Below, in pieces: positions 63,141 to 64,000 of a stretch of DNA of 64,000 nucleotides. Each line of letters opens with the position of its first letter. Within the stretch, counting starts at the first letter, position 1. The notes beneath the pieces are model-generated. The model saw only the letters and a program-made list of their open reading frames with translations, had not been told where the DNA came from and ran no database searches. The stretch is from Heptranchias perlo (lineage: Eukaryota): assembly GCF_035084215.1 (NCBI RefSeq), contig NC_090352.1, positions 35,650,001 through 35,714,000 of the forward strand, read 5' to 3'. A program made the position numbers and the translations under genes.

Positions 63141-63224
63141 CACCCTCACAGTATATAGGACATTGTGCTGATAGTGAGTGCCCTGTTGCATGCCTTGTTC
63201 CCAACTCTGCTCCTTTTTGGCTAT

Positions 63225-63510
63225 GTGTACTTATAGGAACAGGAGTAGGCTATTCAGCCCCTCAAACGTGTTCTGCCATTCAATCAGATAATGGCTGATC
63301 TGTATCTGAACTCCATCTACCCACCTTGGTTCCGTAACCCTGAACACCCCTTGCCTAACAAAAATCTATCAATCTCAGTTTTGAAGTTTTCAATTGACCC
63401 TGAGCCTCAACAGCTATTTGTGGGAGAGAACTGCAGATTTCCACTACCCTTAGTGTGAAGAAGTGCTTCCTGACAATTGCCCCTGAATGGTCTAGCTCTA
63501 ATTTTAAATT
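63225..63510 (-). mobile_element. CR1-like LINE 3' end
   Basis: Reverse-complement homologue of 44130-44360. Confidence 0.7.
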
Positions 63511-64000
63511 TGAGTTCCTTTTGTCCCTTATGACAAATCCTAACTAAAGTGTTTTAAGAAGTACGTTTCAATTTAAGGTCCATATTGCATTGGAACTTTG
63601 ACCGCTGAATAAACGAAAACTCCATCTGGTGCTCAGTCAGATCCGAGCCCTTGCCTCACACACCACTCCCTAGTATAGAAGATGGGCAGATGGCCTGCTG
63701 TTGGACCTCTGCCAAAATACCCTATGTAATCAGCTGAAGGGGTGAGATCAGCCTGGATTAACTTGCTTTCTGATTTTTTTTTTTCTGCCCCTCTGTATGG
63801 GGATAGTCTCCCCTGCTGGTATGGCCCCTGCTGAAATCGGGAAATTAGTTCCCCACCCACAAGCACGCACTGTGTCACTGGGCCACCGGTATATCTGTCT
63901 GCCCTGGTGCCTGTTTGGCTCTTATCCAAGTGGATTTTCTTTCTTCTCCAAATCTCTCCTGGAGGTCGCTGACTCTTGAGTGGGGTGTGGAGGCTGCCCC

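Noticed and set aside
58546-64000. GDPD1 exon 2 (AGENLENT-like)
   Set aside because: No matching spliceable segment was found; it probably lies beyond the window.

Overview
Vertebrate nuclear DNA, most likely a cartilaginous fish judging by its repeats (CR1/L2-like LINEs, DeuSINE/SacSINE1-like SINEs, Penelope elements). It holds the conserved block SKA2(-) <> PRR11(+) > SMG8(+) > GDPD1(+). The window contains SKA2 coding exon 1 and most of intron 1, which hosts miR-130c and miR-301, followed by a CCAAT-rich bidirectional SKA2/PRR11 promoter. PRR11 is complete (10 coding exons, about 397-400 aa), SMG8 is complete (4 exons, about 915 aa), and only exon 1 of GDPD1 is present. The main oddities are: a tandemly duplicated in-frame PRR11 exon carrying a WH2-like LKKT motif; two young palindromic Penelope insertions with target-site duplications and minimal hammerhead ribozymes (five hammerhead motifs with an intact core plus one degenerate copy); a template-switch micro-rearrangement in PRR11 intron 3; and miR-130/301 seed sites downstream of PRR11. 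Gene and repeat identities come from recalled homologues, not from database searches, and repeat boundaries are approximate.
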